Part shown: positions 56,136-64,000 of the stretch, in pieces
Layout of the letters: each line of letters begins with the position of its first letter
How positions within the stretch are numbered: the first letter of the stretch is position 1
Source of the DNA: Octopus vulgaris
Lineage: Eukaryota
NCBI GenBank assembly: GCA_951406725.2
Contig: OX597828.1
Span: 47,058,001-47,122,000 of the forward strand
DNA: 64,000 nucleotides
Direction: 5' to 3'
Position numbers and translations under genes: made by a program
Notes under the pieces: generated by a model
The model's database searches: none
What the model saw: the letters and a program-made list of their open reading frames with translations, nothing else
What the model was told of the DNA's origin: nothing

Positions 56136-56283
56136 TGAGAAATGTTAAGTTTGTCCTCTCGGGTACTGATACTTCGGCCACCATAACCGGCTGTGAGTGT
56201 ATGTGTGTGTGTGTATTTGTTAATGGAAATTTCTTGGCATTAGATTTACAGTGTAACTGGTTGAGTAATCCACAGACACTACT

Positions 56284-56517
56284 ACCTATTTCTTTACTAC
56301 CCACAAGGGGCTAAACACAGAGGGGACAAACAATGACAGACAAATGGATCAAGTCGATTACATCGACCCCAGTGGGTAACTGGTACTTATTTAATCGACC
56401 CCGAAAGAATGAAAGGCAAAGTCGACCTCGGCGGAATTTGAACTCAGAACGTAACGGCAGACGAAATACCGCTAAGCATTTCGCCCGGCGTGCTAACGAT
56501 TCTGCCAGCTCGCCGCC
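56284..56517 (-). mobile_element. SINE family B
   Basis: Family match. Confidence 0.88.
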
Positions 56518-57767
56518 TTTCTACTGTTAAAGTAATTCGCAGGCCTAATCAGTGTGGCAAGACTGGACCGTTGAATTACAGAGACAATTTAAGGAGTAAG
56601 AAAGAAGTTACTTTATTACTGGATTGGTATATTATGTCGTCGACTATGAAAGCATGGAAGGTAAAATTAAATTCAACGAGATTTGAACTCAGATTACACC
56701 AACACACTTGCCGATTCTACCAGTTGGTCATATCGTGTAAGTAACTCGATCCCCCGTTTTTCTTTTTTTTTTTTATTAAATTGTGACCCAAGCTATATGT
56801 AAATAAAATAAAAAATCGGGTTCCTATATGATTTTATTTTTTTCCTAAAATGAGATTTGAAAAAGTTTTGATAATTAAGCCAATTTTATAGCTATTCTCT
56901 TTCTGTAATTTTTCTTTGTACAGAACAAAATTATCCACTTTGGGTTTGATTTACACTACATCTAACTAAAAGAAGCTACTTCTGGTGTACATATTGAGAA
57001 TGGTATGTGTATATAAATCTGTCAAAGAAATCGATTTAAATTTCAATAAAACTGTCAACAGTTATCTCCCTTGTTTAATATTCATTGCAGAGTTTCCTCC
57101 CCTGCAAATTATACGTAAATATTTTTAATTTGGTTGTTTTAATGTCTTCCCGAAAACAAATTTAGGAAACTATTGGATAAGATCGCTTGGTTCACGTGAG
57201 AATATAACGTTCTACGTGACATTCAACCAGTTTTATAAAATATATTGTTGACTTAATCTACCGTTACAATTTTTCATGATAAAATTATGTATTAGCACAA
57301 AAGAAAAGCTATATATTGCTAATTGAAAGATATTGTCAATAAAATTTAGGCCCAGCATATAACTGGAAATTATTTCTTCGACTGAGAATGGGCGAAGTAA
57401 ATCATTCCTTACTGATTTGAATTTAAGACATTAGGGCGTGATAGATTTAACCCTTTTGCTACCGTAATTCTGTTAAACATATACCGCTTTTGTTTCAACC
57501 AATTTTATTTTTAATAATGAAGAATTTAGTAGGATAATTTTCTTATTAAGCTGGTGTCTGGTACAAATTTGCACAAAAAAATTGATTGAAGATTATAGCT
57601 TACATCACTTTAATTTTAACCCCCGAGGGCACAAAAACGAGGAGACCTCCCAGTGACTGTCACAGCGGTTGAATATGGATTTTGATGTCGATTTACAAGT
57701 TTACCCTCAGCGGAGCCAGATACACTCCGATGTCTGTCATTCTAGTGGTTTACTGTCTGGTCGGAAG

Positions 57768-58135
57768 AGGCGCAATGGCCCAGTGGTTAGGGCAGCGGAC
57801 TCGCGGTCATAGGATCGCGGTTTCGATTCCCAGACCGGGCGTTGTGAGTGTTTATTGAGCGAAAACACCTAAAGTTCCTCGAGGCTCCGGCAGGGGATGG
57901 TGGTGATCCCTGCTGTACTCTTTCACCACAACTTTCTCTCACTCTTACTTCCTGTTTCTGTTGTACCTGTATTTCAAAGGGCCGGCCTTGTCACTCTCTG
58001 TGTCACGCTGAATATCCCCGAGAACTACGTTAAGGGTACACGTGTCTGTGGAGTGCTCAGCTACTTACACGTTAATTTCACGAGCAGGCCTTGATCAACC
58101 GGAACCCTCGTCGTCGTAACCGACGGAGTGCTTCC
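57768..58135 (+). mobile_element. SINE head/body C with tail Z, full length
   Basis: A box tggcccagtgg, B box ggtttcgattcc. Confidence 0.9.
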
Positions 58136-58694
58136 TCCCTTCCTACTGTCTGGTCGATATCAGATTTCTATTCATCGGTTGAGCGCCAGGTTAGGCAGCG
58201 TACCCTCGGCAATCTCACATAGGATAAGATGACTTCTCTTCAGTCTTATGGCCTTGTAAAATCATGTGAGCTCATGACGACGGATCAACTTGTAAGGGTG
58301 GGTTCTGAGATCCTCCTTCCGCACTCGTTATATCGAGGTTCGGTTTAGTTTTGCTGTGACAGGCAGTCTTCTGATGGAACGGCAAGGATTTCGCCGTATC
58401 TTTTCTGTGATAAGCTGAAGGATCCGTACACTTCTTTTTCGGCCACGGAACCAGTCTCTTAAAAGTTCTTGACAATTTTTCAAACTGTTGTTCGGATAAT
58501 TTTAAATCCTTTTGCTATAACTGTATTACTTTCGCCTCATTTCTGGACTAATTTATAAATCTGAATTTATTTCGTCTAAAGCGAGAAGATACACCAAGCT
58601 TATATAACGATGTATGAATTTTATGTATTACCACATTTATTGATAGCTATTAAGCCCGAAACTTCGGTTGCCTTAATTTCGGGACACCCTGTAT

Positions 58695-59075
58695 ATTTCT
58701 TTTACTGGTTTTAGCCATTAGAGTGCGTCCATGCTGGGGCATCACTTTGGAGAACTTTTAGTTGAATGAGTCGACCCCAGGACTTATATTTTGCTAAGAC
58801 TGATACTTATTTTATCGGCTTCTTTTACCGAACGGCTAAGTTGCAGAGTAAACACACCAACAGCAGTTATCATGCGATACTGGAGGACAAACACAGACAC
58901 AAAGACACACACGCACACACATAAGCATACATATATACGACAGGCTTCTTTCAGTTTCCGTCTACCAAATCCACTCACAAGGCATTGGTCAGCCCTAGGC
59001 TATTGCAGAAGAAACTTTCCCAATGTGCCACATAGTAGGACTGAAACCGAAACCATGTGGCTGGGAAGAAAGCTC
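58695..59075 (-). mobile_element. Diverged SINE family A
   Basis: Reverse complement family match. Confidence 0.8.
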
Positions 59076-59485
59076 CTTATTTCTTTACTGCTCACAAGGG
59101 GCCAAACATAGAGGGGACAAACAAGGACAGACAAACGGATTAAGTCGATTACATCGACACCAGTGCGCAACTGGTACTTAATTTATCGACCTCAAAAGGA
59201 TGAAAGGCAAAGTCGACCTCGGTGGAATTTGAACTCAGAACGCAACGGCAGACGAAATACCTATTTCTTTACTACCCACAAGGGGTTAAACACAGAGGGG
59301 ACAAACAAGGACAGACAAACGGATTAAGTCGATTACATCAACCCCAATGCGTAACTGGTACTTAATTTATCGACCCCGAAAGGATGAAAGGCAAAGTCGA
59401 CTTCGGCGGAATTTGAACTCAGAACGTAACGGCAGACGAAATACCGCTAAGCATTTCGCCCGGCGTGCTAACGTTTCTGCCAGCT
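59075..59485 (-). mobile_element. Tandem dimer of SINE family B
   Basis: Two units joined at gacgaaatacctatttcttt. Confidence 0.88.
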
Positions 59486-60218
59486 GGCAGAAGACTCATG
59501 TATAAGACTTTGCTATACGGATTAAGATCCGCATAGCTTGGAAACAAAAACAGAATCAAAATCAAAAAAGTATGTTTGTGCTTAAGCACACATACACACG
59601 ACGGTATGTATATGTATCCTTTCAAACTTGTGTATGTATACTGGTCTCTATAGATGCCAATAACACAGTTACACTGCTTGTATACATAAATTTTTTTCTT
59701 ATTTCGTTTTTTTCCTCACCCCTCCTTCGTTCCTTTTTCTCTCTCTCCCTTTCTTTCGATCCCCCTCCTTGCTCAGTATATGAGAATTGCTACATAGATG
59801 AATTTTAGCTTGCGTGCGAGACGGTTTGCGTGAATATATGTACACATGCTTTTATGTGTATATTTAGATTTATATTCATACGTCTGTATATGTATGTATG
59901 GCGTTTACGCGCATCCTTTTGTGTATGTTGATATATATATGTAGATTTTAATATAAATATGTATTGCAGTATTTATAACAGGTTTAATTTCTATGCATTA
60001 ATTTGCACTGTCTTCATTAACGTCAATAGGTTTTTTCCTCGGATTTTATAATTTTTATAAGTTTTTTTATATATATATACATATATTTTTGACCTTTTTG
60101 TTTATCGCTCGAAGATTGACCGTTTTTTTCTAAAGGGCCAATCAAACAAGTCCATTTCTTTTTAAAGGTGTAGCGTTTGTAAGAGTATAGATTGAATTGA
60201 TATATCAGTTCCATTCTA

Positions 60219-60270
60219 GCAAAAACTGTCTGATGAACGGCAACGAGAAACTCAGAGTAACAGATTTTGT
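60219..60270 (+). ncRNA. Type-I hammerhead ribozyme in a (TA)n-flanked element (~60020-60365)
   Basis: GCAAAAACTGT-CTGATGA-ACG gcaa CGA-GAAA-CTCAGAG-TA-ACAGATTTTGT; extended stem I. Confidence 0.78.
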
Positions 60271-60363
60271 TGAATTTTCTGCTGCTTAAAATAAAGCATA
60301 TTACTCTACCACTGGTATTTGAGTACTCTTTTTTCCACCTTGTTTCACATTTATGTGTTTCTC

Positions 60364-60404
<41 letters not shown>

Positions 60405-60466
60405 GACAGACAGACAAACCGACAAACACACAGACACACAGACAGGCACACAGACACGCAAACAGG

Positions 60467-60467
<1 letters not shown>

Positions 60468-60531
<64 letters not shown>

Positions 60532-60551
60532 GATGGATGGATGGATGGATG

Positions 60552-60597
<46 letters not shown>

Positions 60598-60611
60598 AGG
60601 ATGGATGGATG

Positions 60612-60688
<77 letters not shown>
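60468..60688. repeat. (GATA)n/(GGAT)n microsatellite
   Basis: Direct reading. Confidence 0.95.
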
Positions 60689-61173
60689 TTGCTTACATGC
60701 AGATTTCCAAGCTCTTATGCTTAGTTAGCGACACGGGAATCTTAGCAATCTATTGCAGAGTAACCTCCCTTAGACCACGTTCCGTTTAAAGCGAGTGTGC
60801 CGACCATTGACTGATTTCTCAGAAACTAGAAAATAAAACAACTAAATCAACAAATTAATTAATTAATTAATTAACAAACAAATAAATAAACAAATAAACC
60901 AACAAATATATAAATAGATAAACGCAATGACAAAGGAAATTTTACTCAGCCACTCGTCTTTCATTAAGCGCAGCGAAATATCCCTCAAATAATGCACTCA
61001 CATCTTCATGGAAAAGAAAACATATTCGGTAATGTGATTCTGCATGGATTGACTCGTGGTAAATAGATAGGATGGTCACGACTGGAGTGCCTGTGATCAT
61101 AAGTCTGCTCAGCCATAGACGATCCGACCTACATAATAGCCATTGTCATAGAAATGTAAAAAAAAATTAAATA

Positions 61174-61595
61174 AGGCGCAGGAGTGGCTGTGTGGTAAGT
61201 AGCTTGCTAACCAACCACATGGTTCCGGGTTCAGTCCCACTGCGTGGCATCTTGGGCAAGTGTCTTCTGCTATAGCCCCGGGCCGACCAATGCCTTGTGA
61301 GTGGATTTGGTAGACGGAAACTGAAAGAAGCCTGTCGTATATATGTATATATATGTATGTGTATGTGTATGTTTGTGTGTTTGTGTTTGTCCCCTAGCAT
61401 TGCTTGACAACCGATGCTGGTGTGTTTACGTCCCCGTTACTTAGCGGTTCGGCAAAAAGAGACCGATAGAATAAGTACTGGGCTTACAAAGAATAAGTTC
61501 CGGGGTCGATTTGCTCGACTAAAAGGCGGTGCTCCAGCATGGCCGCAGTCAAATGACTGAAACAAGTAAAAGAGTAAAAAGAGAAAAGAGTAAGT
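61174..61595 (+). mobile_element. SINE family A, full length
   Basis: Family match. Confidence 0.92.
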
Positions 61596-61623
61596 AAAAA
61601 AAAATGAGAAAAATAACATATAG

Positions 61624-61800
61624 ACGCAGGTGCGAACGTGTGCTAAGAAGCCTGTTTCGCAACCACATGGTTCCGGTTTCAGTCCCACTGTGTGGCATCT
61701 TGGGCAACTATTTTCTGCTATAATAGCCTCGGGCCGACCAAAGCCTTATGACTGGATTAGCTTAGACGGAAGCTGAGAGAAGCCCGCCGTATATATATAG

Positions 61801-61839
<39 letters not shown>

Positions 61840-62405
61840 CGTGTGTGTGTGTGTGTGTTTGTATGTGTTTGTGTGTGTGTGTGCGTGAGTGTGTTTGTGT
61901 GTGTTTGTGTGTGTATGCGTGAGTGTGCGTGTGTGTTTGTGTGTGTGTGCGTGTGTGTGTGTTGTGATTGTGTGTGTGTGCGTGTGTGTGTGTTGTGATT
62001 GTTTGTGTGTGCGTGTGTGTGTTTGTGTGTGTTTGTGTGTGTGTGTGCGTGTGCGTGTGCGTGTGCGTGTGCGTGTGTGATTGTGTGTTTGTGTGTGTTT
62101 GTGTGTGTGTTTGTGTGTCTGTTTGTGTGTGATTGTGTGTATTTGTGTGTGTTTGTGTGTGTGTGGTGTGTGTGCGCGGGTTTGTGTGTGATTGTGTGTG
62201 TTTGTGTGTGTGTGTGTGTGTTTTCCCCCCACCACCGCTTGAGAACCGGTAAGTCAGTGGTTGGGCAAAAGAGACCGATAGAATAAATACTAGGCTTCAA
62301 AAACAATCCCGGGTTTGATGGGTTTGTCTAAGAAAAAAAACAACCCTTCCAGGCGGTGTTCCAGCATGGCCACTGTCAAATGAGGTGAAACAAGGTAAAA
62401 GAAAA
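61624..62405 (+). mobile_element. Diverged SINE family A with an internal GT-rich array expanded to ~420 bp
   Basis: Head 61624-61795 and tail 62225-62405. Confidence 0.8.
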
Positions 62406-62812
62406 AAAGAACATAAAAATAAAAGACCGGAAAGATCTCGGCAGGAACGCTTTTCATCACAGGTCTGTAGACTAGCATGGCTGACCTAGGGCTTTACAAC
62501 AACAACAATAGCTGTGACATTAACAATAAGAACAACGGCAGCAGCAACAACAATATTGAAACAGCAGCAGAAACAATAACAACAACAGCATTATCAACAC
62601 CATCAGCAACGTTAATAACAAAGGCGGCAGCAATAACAACAACAACAACAATAATTAGAGCCAGAAGGAGAGTAGCAGGAATAAATTCTTCGGGAGTCTT
62701 CGCCAATGGATTCGATCGGGAATTGTTCGACTGACCACTGAGAGATGCAAGGCAAAGGTGTACCTCGGTGTTGATTTGAACTCGGAGTATGGAGATGGGA
62801 TGGCAGAATGAT

Positions 62813-62847
<35 letters not shown>

Positions 62848-62881
62848 ATAGACAGACAGACAGACAAATAGATAGATAGAC

Positions 62882-62968
<87 letters not shown>

Positions 62969-62969
62969 A

Positions 62970-63018
<49 letters not shown>

Positions 63019-63068
63019 CACATACAAATAGATAGACAGACAAAAGACACACAGACACATAGATACAC

Positions 63069-63109
<41 letters not shown>

Positions 63110-63368
63110 GAGAGAGAGAGAGAGAGAGAGAGAGGTGCAAAACAAGCACACATGCAAACACACATACACCAACACACACGCACACGCACACATGCATGCA
63201 CACACATGCAACTCAAACCCAGACGTATTCATGAACGTATGGCATTTTGTATGTATGTATCGGTGAGTGCGTGTGAGAGAGAGAGAGAGAGGAGGGAGGG
63301 AAGGAGAGAAGGGCAGACAGGCAGACAGACAAACAGGCAGACGTACGGAGGGACAGAGAGAGAGAGAG

Positions 63369-63412
<44 letters not shown>

Positions 63413-63654
63413 GGTGTGCTATATGCATTACAAAGAACGGAATTTATCAATCTCTGAATAAAGATCAATATTCAATAACATCTTCCAGACGTATTAACTG
63501 CTGATAATCAGATCATTTCATATGGAGATGATTGGGGGAGGGCGGGACAACGTATCAAGAACAGCGTGACTGACTGCCCTGAGTTGATCTAGGCAGGAAA
63601 CAATCGTACGTGTATATATATATTTATACTTACATATACAAGCAATCGTGTGTG

Positions 63655-63727
<73 letters not shown>

Positions 63728-63733
63728 GATGTG

Positions 63734-63909
63734 GGGCGTAGGAGTGGAAGTGTGGTAAGTAACTTGCTTACGAACCACATGGTTCCGGGTTCACTTCCAC
63801 TGCATGGCACCTTGGGCAAGTGTCTTCTACTATAGCCTCGGGCTGACCAAAACCTTGTGAGTGGATTTGGTAGACAGAAAACTGAAAGAAGCTCGTAGTA
63901 TATATGGTT

Positions 63910-63960
<51 letters not shown>
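63734..63960 (+). mobile_element. 5' half of SINE family A (runs toward the window end)
   Basis: Family head match. Confidence 0.85.
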
Positions 63961-63996
<36 letters not shown>

Positions 63997-64000
63997 ATAT

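Noticed and set aside
57768-57840. tRNA-like sequences with A and B boxes
   Set aside because: They continue into SINE bodies and are multi-copy, so they are SINE heads rather than tRNA genes

Overview
AT-rich eukaryotic non-coding DNA packed with microsatellites. The SINE families and repeat load resemble Octopus (coleoid cephalopod) genomes; this is an inference from pattern only. No intact host gene is supported, and nearly all ORF-track entries are microsatellite translations. The window is a mosaic of mobile DNA: a near-intact CR1-group LINE ORF2 (APE endonuclease plus RT, one frameshift; ~10510-13722, minus) and its 3' fragment, decayed Tc1, maT-like and mariner transposons, a Gypsy/Mag remnant, RTE, Dong/R4-like and Hero-like LINE ends, two non-autonomous Helitrons, MITEs and dozens of modular tRNA-derived SINEs. 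The main hidden signal, invisible to the ORF track, is about a dozen type-I hammerhead ribozyme motifs from several distinct sequence families. They mostly sit in short elements next to (TA)n tracts and are linked to Penelope-like element (PLE) hallmarks: GIY-YIG and RT remnants and inverted terminal duplications. One is an ~880-bp near-perfect palindrome carrying two outward-facing hammerheads. All folds were read by eye and none is tested for activity.
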